Shown: positions 47,953 to 57,099 of the stretch, piece after piece
Layout of the letters: each line of letters starts with the position of its first letter
Numbering within the stretch: position 1 is the stretch's first letter
Source of the DNA: a virus
Length of the DNA: 64,000 nt
IMG/VR virus record: IMGVR_UViG_3300045988_181536
Location: 96,001 to 160,000 of that record
Direction: 5' to 3' (one strand)
The notes under the pieces: model-generated
Databases searched by the model: none
What the model was told of the DNA's origin: nothing
What the model saw: the letters and a program-made list of their open reading frames with translations, nothing else
Translations under genes and position numbers: made by a program

Positions 47953-48568
47953 AATATTTATAGAAATGTCTGATAATACTTTTAAAAAATTTGGTACTAC
48001 TTTGGAATTATTTTCTTACGGAGTAACTCCGAAAAATATTTCTTCTGAAGTAATTGAACAATATAATAATGCAGATAAAGCTGCTGAGCCTGATTTGGTA
48101 GATCATGTATACACCAAACTCGCTGCTTCGTTTGCTGATCTACTTAGGGTTACAGATAATTATGAGTATACTCCGGAAATTTTGGTGCTTACTAAGGTTG
48201 CATCTGCAAACAGTGACCAATGGAATAGTTATTATCATAATGTAGTAAAAACTTGCATTAATGCTTCTATTGATTCCGTTAGTGGTATGCATAAACATGC
48301 AAGCAATCCTGCTCTTGGAGCTGCAGCAAAAGCATTACCTGGCGTTGTGGGAGGTTTGCCAGGTCTGGCATTAGCAGCAATTCCAATTATCGGAGCATTA
48401 TTATCCGGATCCGCGTACTTTGCAGAAAAAAGTGTCAATGAAGACTCTGCAGATGTAGAAAAACAAAAAGCCAAGAATATAGCCTATAGGACTTTAGCTG
48501 CAGACGTTGTTCGTAGATTACGGGATGAAGGACTGTCCATAGGTCCTGAATATGAATATGAGTCTTAA
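47936..48568 (+). CDS. hypothetical protein with a Gly/Ala hydrophobic segment
   Basis: 'ALPGVVGGLPGLALAAIPIIGALLSGS'. Confidence 0.3.
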   Translation: MEGCFKIFIEMSDNTFKKFGTTLELFSYGVTPKNISSEVIEQYNNADKAAEPDLVDHVYTKLAASFADLLRVTDNYEYTPEILVLTKVASANSDQWNSYYHNVVKTCINASIDSVSGMHKHASNPALGAAAKALPGVVGGLPGLALAAIPIIGALLSGSAYFAEKSVNEDSADVEKQKAKNIAYRTLAADVVRRLRDEGLSIGPEYEYES

Positions 48569-49082
48569 TGGCATATCTAAAGAAGATCTATCCAAACTTG
48601 AAGATTTAGAGTCTCCAGGTGAAGGGATAGGAGAACTTGCCCAAGTATCTAATGCCTTATCTGCTTCAGATGTGATACTAGATGCTTCACGGACTGTATC
48701 TGATGAGGATTTATCCAGTCAGGCAAAATCTGTAGAATTAATTGATTATACAAAAGATTTAATTAATAATGATGAGAACAACATAGCTGCAAAAGCTACT
48801 TCAGACACTGTGCCAGTTTATCCTGAATGGAATAAAATGCCGGTAATTAAAAACCAACTGGAACAGTATCCAAATTTATGTGAGAGAGTTAAAACTTGTG
48901 TATCAGTTTTAGACTTTAAAAATTCGGAAGATGTAGAACAATATCAATCACTTTTAAACCAAGCGCAAGGAGAATCTGCTTGCATAAAGCTACGCAATAG
49001 TATCATAAAATTTTCTGAACAAACTGGTAATTTTATTGCTTTAGTAATCTTTGACACATTTAAATTTAAAAGGCCTTTATAA
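48552..49082 (+). CDS. hypothetical acidic protein
   Basis: ORF only. Confidence 0.3.
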   Translation: MNMSLNGISKEDLSKLEDLESPGEGIGELAQVSNALSASDVILDASRTVSDEDLSSQAKSVELIDYTKDLINNDENNIAAKATSDTVPVYPEWNKMPVIKNQLEQYPNLCERVKTCVSVLDFKNSEDVEQYQSLLNQAQGESACIKLRNSIIKFSEQTGNFIALVIFDTFKFKRPL

Positions 49083-49084
49083 AC

Positions 49085-50383
49085 ATGAATATCTCAGATT
49101 ATAACATTTTGTCCACAATCCTTACGGCTGCAGCTGCAGGCGGAGGAACCAGTCTTTTACTTAATACCATTTCTGAACTACGTGATTTACAACGAAAACG
49201 TAATTTAGAAAAACGTATAACAAAGCGAGTAACAGGAACAACAGCAGATACCACAGATGAAGATTTAAAAAATCTTTTAATAAAAGATGCTTTAGAGGAT
49301 AATAATGTCAAACACGCTGCGGAAGAAGATCGCCATGGAGATGCCTATACTACAATGGCAAACGTGTTGGGAAGTATTCTCGCATTAGGAGCTTCTTATT
49401 ATGGTGCAAATAAGCTATATAATTCCGTAAAAAAGAGACTATTACAGGATGAAGGGGCTGATATTACAAAAGATTATTATGACCAGTTATTTCTTTTGAA
49501 GAAGTTACAAGATCAAAATATTGTAACTGGACGTACGAGAAAATACGGCTCTTTTGCAGGCGCTTTAGGAGGTTTAGGTGGTATTTTACTCTTAGGGGGG
49601 TTGGCTTCGGCAATTATGACGCGCCAAATTTTAAAGGATAAATATCCATTATTAAATACTTCTAACGCATACGATGAGGCTTTAAAAATTGTCCCACAGC
49701 CTGCATTAGAATTTGCAGATGATCGTAAGTTAAGGGAACAGAATGAACTTGATAAGAAAGAACTTTTACGAAATTTGGTTGAAGAAACTTCGGAAGACAA
49801 TGAGGGAGCTTCTTTAAAGTTAGCTTCTACTGTTAAAGATTTACTAGCTGATGAAGTAAATGAGAATATTCTAAAATTAGCTTACTACTCAGAAAATGAA
49901 TGTGCAGACAATCTTGGAATACAAAATATTGTACATAGTGTAGCTAACGGACATAGAAATTTACTAAAACAAGCTAATACTATCGAAGAACTTTTTGAGA
50001 TTGCAGATAAATGTGCTTTGACTAAGTTTGCTTCTGCAGAACCTTTGAAAATTCAGTTGGCTTTTACAGCAATCGCTAAAGATCCAATGCTGAAAGAAAC
50101 AGTTATTCCTGCAGCAGGTATACAGGTGTTACATGCGTATCCACTACAAAATAAATTAGCTTCTTTAATATCTGAGGAAGTGGATAATGATTTTGCAAGA
50201 TCTGATATGTCTGTTATTTGTGCTGTTAATAATTTGTTAAGCAGGGCGCACGCTTTTGCACCATTCCGTAAAGAAGCAGCTGAAAAGTTAAAGCAGGAAG
50301 ACAAACTTGATAAAATTTTTGATTATCCTTTTGATAACGGCTTGACAACCTTTACTCAAATCTGCAGATTTTTGGATAGTTAA
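49085..50383 (+). CDS. hypothetical protein with a glycine-zipper TM segment
   Basis: 'FAGALGGLGGILLLGGLASAIMT'. Confidence 0.3.
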   Translation: MNISDYNILSTILTAAAAGGGTSLLLNTISELRDLQRKRNLEKRITKRVTGTTADTTDEDLKNLLIKDALEDNNVKHAAEEDRHGDAYTTMANVLGSILALGASYYGANKLYNSVKKRLLQDEGADITKDYYDQLFLLKKLQDQNIVTGRTRKYGSFAGALGGLGGILLLGGLASAIMTRQILKDKYPLLNTSNAYDEALKIVPQPALEFADDRKLREQNELDKKELLRNLVEETSEDNEGASLKLASTVKDLLADEVNENILKLAYYSENECADNLGIQNIVHSVANGHRNLLKQANTIEELFEIADKCALTKFASAEPLKIQLAFTAIAKDPMLKETVIPAAGIQVLHAYPLQNKLASLISEEVDNDFARSDMSVICAVNNLLSRAHAFAPFRKEAAEKLKQEDKLDKIFDYPFDNGLTTFTQICRFLDS

Positions 50384-50391
50384 TCTGCAGG

Positions 50392-51030
50392 ATGAAGAGA
50401 AAAAAGGACAAACTAATTTTTGAAGGGATCACATTTGATTCTGAAGAAGAAATTCAGTTTTACATTTTTCTACGTGATGCAAAAAGACTTGGGTTAATTG
50501 TAGATTTTCAATATCAACCCGAGTCTTTCTTGTTAGTTCCTAAAGCTACAGAGGATATAATAGTTAATTTAAAGTCAGGTAAGCAAAAAGTTAAAACAAA
50601 GGTTCTTTATCGAGAGCATAGCTATACTGCGGATTTTTGGGTTAAAGTAAACCCTGAAAAGTTTTATAATTCAGTAATTCTTAATAGTTCAAAAATACGA
50701 TTGATAGATGATGAATTTTATGTCGATGTAAAAGGTGATTATAATCGTCATGGGGGAGATAGAATTTTTCCAATTCATCAAAAGTTAGTTTTTTGGAAGT
50801 ATCATAAACATGTAAATAAGATTGTACCTGACGAGTTTTTTAAGTCTATAGGGTTTATTCCTGAAGAATTACGTTGGATAAAAAGAAGAAAAGTAAAAAC
50901 TTTAAGACCTAAATATTTAAATTTAAGGTCTTTAGAAACAATTTTTGAAAATAACCAAACACAAACCAACATAGGATTTTTGCCTACTGTTGAAACTTTT
51001 ACCGCTAATGTCAGAAAAAATTGTTGTTAA
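50392..51030 (+). CDS. hypothetical protein; possible PD-(D/E)XK-fold nuclease
   Basis: 'YTADFWVK ... DDEFYVDVKG' (D ... D/E-x-K arrangement). Weak. Confidence 0.25.
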   Translation: MKRKKDKLIFEGITFDSEEEIQFYIFLRDAKRLGLIVDFQYQPESFLLVPKATEDIIVNLKSGKQKVKTKVLYREHSYTADFWVKVNPEKFYNSVILNSSKIRLIDDEFYVDVKGDYNRHGGDRIFPIHQKLVFWKYHKHVNKIVPDEFFKSIGFIPEELRWIKRRKVKTLRPKYLNLRSLETIFENNQTQTNIGFLPTVETFTANVRKNCC

Positions 51031-51448
51031 AAAACAGATTTTAAAAGATTTTAAACCTACTTTTAAATCCAATGGTAGGGTAATGGTTTTAAAAGATAAA
51101 GTTACTGAAAGTGGAGATATAATAACAGATTTATTTAACTCTTTCGGCAATCTTTCAATTAAAAACGATACTCCTGTAACAGGTGTTGTAGTATATATCC
51201 CAGATAATGTAAATAAACAAAGTTTAGGTATTGAAGTAGGAGACAGAATTTTATCTGTTCATAATAAAGTTATTTATATTTCTGACCAAGAACAGGAATT
51301 GTTTTTAGTGTTAGAAGATGATATCTTAGCAAAGATTCCTATTGATTTAGAGTTGGATTTTGTAAATATGAAGAAGATGGATGTAGGATCTGATGATGAT
51401 TACTACGGATTTAATCAAAAGAAACATAGAGATCAATTTGAAGACTAA
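50990..51448 (+). CDS. hypothetical protein
   Basis: ORF only. Confidence 0.3.
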   Translation: MKLLPLMSEKIVVKKQILKDFKPTFKSNGRVMVLKDKVTESGDIITDLFNSFGNLSIKNDTPVTGVVVYIPDNVNKQSLGIEVGDRILSVHNKVIYISDQEQELFLVLEDDILAKIPIDLELDFVNMKKMDVGSDDDYYGFNQKKHRDQFED

Positions 51449-51767
51449 ACCACATATGACAAAAGTATCAGCAAAGGAAGAACAGAAAAATTATTATAAG
51501 AATGTAATGTTGCCAATTTTAAACGGTTATTGGCAAACCGTTAAAGGATTGCCGTATTATAATTATCCCCCTGCAATTACGGCGGAAAATATCGGAGCTT
51601 TATATTTCCCAAGATTGTTTTTAAAAGATAGGGATAGCGATTTGGGAAAGGTGTTTATTTCCGTGTTGAAAAAAGACGGAGATAGAATCCCTGATACTCC
51701 TTTGCATAGTTATCCGATTGTGCAAATAAAAGAATTTGTTAAGTTTTTAGCTAAAAAATCAGCTTAA
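51393..51767 (+). CDS. hypothetical protein
   Basis: ORF only. Confidence 0.3.
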   Translation: MMITTDLIKRNIEINLKTKPHMTKVSAKEEQKNYYKNVMLPILNGYWQTVKGLPYYNYPPAITAENIGALYFPRLFLKDRDSDLGKVFISVLKKDGDRIPDTPLHSYPIVQIKEFVKFLAKKSA

Positions 51768-51824
51768 AATTTAAAACTTGCGGATACAGAAGATTTAATG
51801 TTATATTTTTAGACAAGTAAAATT

Positions 51825-52289
51825 ATGTCCCAAAATTTTGTTAAAGATACAGCAAAAGATCTTCTGTATTCCGCATTGTTAAAGTGCGGTTATAAAAAGT
51901 ATGCAGATTCAAAAAGCCCTTCAATTAAATCTCAAGGGTTAAGAATTGATCGTTTTAATTCCATGGTGGCAGAGTGGAAACAAAAACGGGCGGATGAAGC
52001 AGCAAAAGCAGAGCAGGCTGCACTTGAGGAGCAAAAAGCTAAAATGGAAAATAGTGCTCCACCTCCACAAGATCAAGCTCCTCAAACGCCTGCAGATCAA
52101 TGGAAACAAAACGTATCAAATTTTGCCAATACGTCACAAAACCTAGGCACTAATACGAATCCAGCTCCGGCTAATTCCCCTCAAGATGCAGGTTTACCTA
52201 CACCTCCGAGTACACAGTTGCCGCCTAAAACGTCGCCAAATATGAAAGTTGCTAGCCAAAATGTAACCTTTAAGTGGAAAGTTAATTAA
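51825..52289 (+). CDS. hypothetical Pro/Gln/Ala-rich protein
   Basis: Low-complexity 'APPPQDQAPQTPADQ...PAPANSPQDAGLPTPPSTQLPPKTSP'. Confidence 0.3.
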   Translation: MSQNFVKDTAKDLLYSALLKCGYKKYADSKSPSIKSQGLRIDRFNSMVAEWKQKRADEAAKAEQAALEEQKAKMENSAPPPQDQAPQTPADQWKQNVSNFANTSQNLGTNTNPAPANSPQDAGLPTPPSTQLPPKTSPNMKVASQNVTFKWKVN

Positions 52290-52293
52290 AAAT

Positions 52294-53436
52294 ATGAGTG
52301 TCGCAGTATTATCAAAGATTTTTCGTAAGGTACCGTCTTTGTTAGGGTTAGGTTTAGGTGGTTACGCGGGCCACAATATGGCTCAATGGGAAAATGCGCA
52401 TTTATATTCTAATGATACCACTAAATCCTTGGCTGATTTAACCGGTACAGGAGTTGGCGCGTTAGGTACGGCTGCATTGTTTAGCCCCGCCCATCGTGCT
52501 ACTGGTTTAAAGCTTTTGGGAAGTTTAATGGGTCCTAAACAGCTTGGCTTATACGGAATTGATAAATTTACCCAAGGTATTAATGCGGTAGAGGACTACA
52601 CGGATATTCAGAATGAATTGGCGAATAAAAATGTAGAAATTACAAAAAATCAGTTAGAGACCGCCAAACAAAATAAAGAAATTGCAGATATATCCAATGA
52701 GACATCTAAAAAATGGTTGGATTTAGCAAATAAAGGTTTGCCGTACATTGGAGGTTTAGCAGCTTTGATTACAGCTTTATATGCCTATAATTCCTTTAAG
52801 AAAAATAAGGGCAATGGAAATGTAGCGTTTCAAATTCCTGAAGAAAAATTATCGCCTCAGTTTTACAGTAGATTAGGTAGAGAAATTTTATTTAAGGATC
52901 GTGATGAGAACGGTAGAATTATAAAGAGGAAGTATATCAAACAAAATGATATAGAGGATTATACATTACCGGAATATAATGAAGCTGTGGAGAAGATTGC
53001 TTCGGTTTTAAATATAAAGCGAGCAGCAAATCTTACTAAAGATACAAGACAATTGGTAAATAATGTTAATGATTTAGCTAAAGACAATAGAGTTCCAGAA
53101 GCAAAGGCAGAGACTATAGGGCAAGTTATTGAGAAGCATCCTTCCAATAAAACATGGGGAGGATTTGTGGCTAACAAATTAAATAAATATGGTCCGTTTG
53201 CCTTGGAGTACTTTGGATTAATTACACCTTCTGCACAAATTAGACAAGATGTAAGCTTTATTGATCAAAATGGGCGTTCCCGTGCTGCTCCTTCTTTAAC
53301 CGCAAGTTCTATGTACTCGGATCCGAGTGCAGTGGGTAGGTTATATGAATATGCGCGTAATCGTATGGCAAAAGCAGGCAACCCATATTTCACACATAGT
53401 TTAAGTTATCCGAATTTTGGATCTTATTTCTTTTAA
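52294..53436 (+). CDS. hypothetical membrane-anchored protein (glycine zipper N-terminus, coiled-coil middle)
   Basis: 'LLGLGLGGYAGHNMAQW' and 'GTGVGALGTAALFSPAHRATGLKLLGSLMG'. Confidence 0.3.
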   Translation: MSVAVLSKIFRKVPSLLGLGLGGYAGHNMAQWENAHLYSNDTTKSLADLTGTGVGALGTAALFSPAHRATGLKLLGSLMGPKQLGLYGIDKFTQGINAVEDYTDIQNELANKNVEITKNQLETAKQNKEIADISNETSKKWLDLANKGLPYIGGLAALITALYAYNSFKKNKGNGNVAFQIPEEKLSPQFYSRLGREILFKDRDENGRIIKRKYIKQNDIEDYTLPEYNEAVEKIASVLNIKRAANLTKDTRQLVNNVNDLAKDNRVPEAKAETIGQVIEKHPSNKTWGGFVANKLNKYGPFALEYFGLITPSAQIRQDVSFIDQNGRSRAAPSLTASSMYSDPSAVGRLYEYARNRMAKAGNPYFTHSLSYPNFGSYFF

Positions 53437-53451
53437 ACGTAAAAAATTCTC

Positions 53452-53500
53452 TTGACGTAAGCGCAGATTTTTTAGAATCTGCGCTTAACTTTTTAATACT
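53452..53500 (+). promoter_or_regulatory. sigma70-like promoter candidate (TTGACG, 15-nt spacer, TAGAAT) overlapping a GC hairpin 'gcgcagatt...aatctgcgc' plus T-tract
   Basis: Read from the sequence. The hairpin plus 'ttaactttttaat' could equally be a terminator for the upstream gene. Confidence 0.35.
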
Positions 53501-53842
53501 ATGATTAAAGAACTCGAACTAAAAGCTCCGAAAGGAAAAATTATTGTTAGGCAGCTGCAAGCTGCGGAGATGGAACGTGAAGGGATTATTATCCCAGCAG
53601 GTAAAACTTTTTATAATAAAGAGGCTTTAGTGATTTCCATAGGAGATATGGATAATGGTGAATTTAAAGATATAAATTGTAATAATAAAAAACGTAAAAA
53701 TATTTTAAAAGTTGGAGATCATGTATTGTTAAGCTTTATGCCTGTTGACAGATATGAAGCTTTAGGTCCTGACAATAAGCGATATTTTTATGCTACTATT
53801 AATCCCTGCCAAGTCCTTTTAATAGGACAAAACTTTGCTTAA
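53501..53842 (+). CDS. GroES-like co-chaperonin (T4 gp31-like candidate)
   Basis: The 113-aa size and the pattern 'LKAPKGKIIVRQL...EREGIIIPAG......LKVGDHVLLSFMPVD' match the GroES 'L.PL.DRVLVK...E.KT.GGI.LP......VG.GD.V.F..Y.G' beta-barrel signature. Confidence 0.4.
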   Translation: MIKELELKAPKGKIIVRQLQAAEMEREGIIIPAGKTFYNKEALVISIGDMDNGEFKDINCNNKKRKNILKVGDHVLLSFMPVDRYEALGPDNKRYFYATINPCQVLLIGQNFA

Positions 53843-53876
53843 GAATTTAATTTTCACTTAAATCAGAAAGGAAAAC

Positions 53877-54404
53877 ATGAAAACAATAATTCTAAACGAA
53901 CAAACACGCATTACCGATCCTTGCTATAATAAAAATGTTTCTTTTACTGCAATAATCCCAACCCTTCCAGGGGAATATCGTGTCGTGGGATTAAATACAT
54001 TCGAGGATACTACATTGGATGTACAATTATTGCGCAGCGCGGTGATTTATCATCAGTCTCTACTAAAGCAAGACCAGTTTGCAGATACATTGGATATGAG
54101 AGAAATTGAATATGGCATAGCAGTCGATAGTGGAGAATGTGGTGTGTACCAGGATGACAAGTATCCTGCGGAAGGTCTAAAATTGAAAAATCTTGATGGC
54201 GTCAAAGGAGATTCTAGAGTTCCTGATGGTAATTGGGGCGTTACGTTTAATCACTTTGGAGGAGATATATGTCCGCGAATTTATGGGCATCAAAATCAAG
54301 ACGGTGTATATGATGCTATTTATTTAGATTGGAATTTTTGTAATAGAAAGATGGACAAGGTAATATCGGAGTTAGTATCGGCTATTATTAAAGTAAATTT
54401 TTAA
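53877..54404 (+). CDS. hypothetical protein
   Basis: ORF preceded by the SD-like 'gaaaggaaaac'. Confidence 0.3.
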   Translation: MKTIILNEQTRITDPCYNKNVSFTAIIPTLPGEYRVVGLNTFEDTTLDVQLLRSAVIYHQSLLKQDQFADTLDMREIEYGIAVDSGECGVYQDDKYPAEGLKLKNLDGVKGDSRVPDGNWGVTFNHFGGDICPRIYGHQNQDGVYDAIYLDWNFCNRKMDKVISELVSAIIKVNF

Positions 54405-54418
54405 GTAAAATAAATTTA

Positions 54419-55786
54419 ATGGAGCAGCAAACAATCAAAAAGAGAGGGCGTCCCGCTGGCTATAGAAAGCAAGCAGACGGTACTTGGGTTAGGGTTATAA
54501 CGACTGAACCCAAACAGTCACAATCATCTAAACCAAAGCCCGTGCAGCCGGAACATGCGTCTACACCTAAAAAACGAGGTCGCCCCGCAGGTTATAGAAA
54601 AATGCCTGATGGTACTTGGGTAAAGCAAGCACCTGAAATAATGCATACAAAAACGAATGTGTCTGTTAATAAACGTGGTAAAAAGTCTAAACTGAAAAAT
54701 TCGGATGCAGACTTATTGATAGAATCAGATTTAGCTATATCCCCTACAGCTGCAGATTTAAAATCTTCAAAAGATCATGCCTCAAATGTTTTTTCGTTTG
54801 TCAATATTGTTGTAGATATAAGTTTAAAAGATAAAGGAATATCTGACGAAGGTTTCATTCATAATGATTCCGTATTTAAGCTATTTGCTCAGAAATATAA
54901 TTCTGAAACTCCTATAGAATTTTATTTAGATGATCCTTATAATAGTTTAACTGAAGAAGAGTATTCCAATTTTTATGATTGGTTAGAAATTGAAGGGTAT
55001 TTTAAGCGAAATAATGTAAGCATTACTTCTTCCGCAAATGGATCTTCAGCTAAAAGGTTGTTTACTTTAGTTTTAAAAGGGGGCATACCTTTCTTTATTT
55101 TATGTCCTGTAGTTTGTCATCAAGACGGTTCTTATAATATTAAAATTGGAGGCATTGTACAGAATCAGATAGCTAATTCAAAAGCCACATCCCTATCAGG
55201 AATTTGGGGGATATTTCCCTCAAAACATTTAAAAACTTTATCTTCTGAATCTAAAGCTTTGATTTCGGATCTAAGGTTTACGCCTGTGGGTTTTTACGCT
55301 TCAACTCCTTCATTTAATAATGATCAATTTGAAGTGTTTTTTGATGGATTGGTAGTTGAACTTGGTTCAAAGGCACACTCGAAAACTTTAGTAAGTTTGG
55401 AAATAGATGACATGGTTCCTGCAAATGTTGAATCAACAGCAGTGCCACATACTGTTTCGACATTGCTTGCAGAGTCTCATGAATTTGAGGATTCAGATGA
55501 GCAAGAAAAGGTTTCCAACGAAGAATATGCTGATGATTACGATTTAGACGATTATAAGTTAAAAATATCGCATAAAAAAGTTAACGATTTCGTTTTAGAG
55601 GAAGACGGTGTTTATAGGCGTCGTTTTAAGGATAGAGCCAGTAACTATGTTCCTGCAAACCATAATGATATTTATTATGATGATACGAACATAGAAAGAG
55701 ACAACTATCAAGAAATCGGAGAAGGTCATTATAGAAGTGTTAATCATCAACTAAGTGATGATATAGATTTTGATTATTGGGATTAA
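54419..55786 (+). CDS. AT-hook protein: tandem duplicated 'KKRGRPAGYRK-x-DGTWV' motifs at the N-terminus and an acidic C-terminal half
   Basis: 'IKKRGRPAGYRKQADGTWVRV' and 'PKKRGRPAGYRKMPDGTWVKQ' lie 40 aa apart. The C-terminus is rich in D/E/Y. Confidence 0.45.
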   Translation: MEQQTIKKRGRPAGYRKQADGTWVRVITTEPKQSQSSKPKPVQPEHASTPKKRGRPAGYRKMPDGTWVKQAPEIMHTKTNVSVNKRGKKSKLKNSDADLLIESDLAISPTAADLKSSKDHASNVFSFVNIVVDISLKDKGISDEGFIHNDSVFKLFAQKYNSETPIEFYLDDPYNSLTEEEYSNFYDWLEIEGYFKRNNVSITSSANGSSAKRLFTLVLKGGIPFFILCPVVCHQDGSYNIKIGGIVQNQIANSKATSLSGIWGIFPSKHLKTLSSESKALISDLRFTPVGFYASTPSFNNDQFEVFFDGLVVELGSKAHSKTLVSLEIDDMVPANVESTAVPHTVSTLLAESHEFEDSDEQEKVSNEEYADDYDLDDYKLKISHKKVNDFVLEEDGVYRRRFKDRASNYVPANHNDIYYDDTNIERDNYQEIGEGHYRSVNHQLSDDIDFDYWD

Positions 55787-55825
55787 TTTGCATAATTTTC
55801 AAACACAAAATTAAAAAGGAATAAA

Positions 55826-56068
55826 ATGCGCACTCTTAAAGTTTCACTAAGACGGAATAATTCTACTGTTGCAGTTTTTGATTATGAGGATGATAAAAAA
55901 TTAGTGTCAGATGCTGAGGTTGTTGGCTTGCTCGCAAAGGAATTGCTTAGGCATGTGCGAGACGAATCGCCGACGGCCTTACTGTTTGATGTTGATGATG
56001 CAGAAGAAGCAATCAATACGTATGCTAGTGGGGAGATGCCTTGTGCAATCGTTTTGAGTGATTATTAA
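55826..56068 (+). CDS. hypothetical small protein
   Basis: ORF only. Confidence 0.3.
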   Translation: MRTLKVSLRRNNSTVAVFDYEDDKKLVSDAEVVGLLAKELLRHVRDESPTALLFDVDDAEEAINTYASGEMPCAIVLSDY

Positions 56069-56111
56069 GACAAATCTTTAAGGAAATAATAGTTTAAAAA
56101 AACAATAAAAA

Positions 56112-56765
56112 ATGGAAACACAATTCGAAAAAGTTATTCAAGAAGTAAAAGCCTCAAACAAGGCATTTCCAAATGAAGCTTATAACAAATATAAGTTGCA
56201 GTTTTTAAATGCTTTAAGAAAGTATGGTGAAATTGTTTTACCTTCATTCCAAGATGATAATATGCAGCTTTGGAATATTGGAGATACCGAGGGTAATCAG
56301 GATATAATTATTAATGAAGATGGGTGTTTTAATTCTTATAACAACAACCTTTTACTTACGTGGGTAGTCAAGCCTGCTAATTTAGAATCAGCAAATTATT
56401 TGCAGCTTTGTTATTCTGATAAAGAAGAAGATAAATGGCCTTATACTGCATTTTTTATGCATTTGCATGGAGATGTGCGTGCAAATTATAGTCAGTGTAT
56501 TTTATTGCCATATAATAAAAAAATACTGTTTGATTTGTTATTCGATGATGACGATTTTCGTTATTATATAAAGAGTGACAAGTTTGATATCTACTATGAA
56601 CCCTTGAATGAACAATCTGTTTTAAGGGTTCAAGGGGAAGATGTGAATGATGAAATTTCCACTTATAAAACTAAGCAAGAATTGTTAGATGAAGATATTC
56701 CTGAAGAAGTCATAACCGCAATCCAAGAAGATCCATTATTTGGAGAGGACATCAGAGATGAATAA
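56112..56765 (+). CDS. hypothetical acidic protein
   Basis: ORF only. Confidence 0.3.
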   Translation: METQFEKVIQEVKASNKAFPNEAYNKYKLQFLNALRKYGEIVLPSFQDDNMQLWNIGDTEGNQDIIINEDGCFNSYNNNLLLTWVVKPANLESANYLQLCYSDKEEDKWPYTAFFMHLHGDVRANYSQCILLPYNKKILFDLLFDDDDFRYYIKSDKFDIYYEPLNEQSVLRVQGEDVNDEISTYKTKQELLDEDIPEEVITAIQEDPLFGEDIRDE

Positions 56766-57099
56766 GCGAAACAATAAACCTGAATTGATTATTAGAGAAC
56801 GAGAAGATCCTTTTAAAAAGGACCTTCTGGATAGCATTGGTGCTTTAAAGGAAGCAATTGGGCTTTTGACATCAGAGGTACAACAGTTGAGAGCTAGCAT
56901 ATTAATGAGTGGTTTAGATAGGATTTCAGATAAACAAAAAGATACTATTACGCAACCAACAACTCCTAGTAATCCTCTTTCGCCATATTATCCTCCAACC
57001 ACTCCTTATCCTTCAACCACTCCTTATCCTCAGCTTGACCCCAACTATGTTTGGACTTCTACAGCAGCAAGCTCGGATAATACTTCTGGCAAGGCATGA
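56740..57099 (+). CDS. hypothetical protein with a Pro/Thr/Tyr-rich C-terminus; its stop codon abuts the TnpB element
   Basis: 'PTTPSNPLSPYYPPTTPYPSTTPYPQLDPNY'. Confidence 0.3.
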   Translation: MERTSEMNKRNNKPELIIREREDPFKKDLLDSIGALKEAIGLLTSEVQQLRASILMSGLDRISDKQKDTITQPTTPSNPLSPYYPPTTPYPSTTPYPQLDPNYVWTSTAASSDNTSGKA

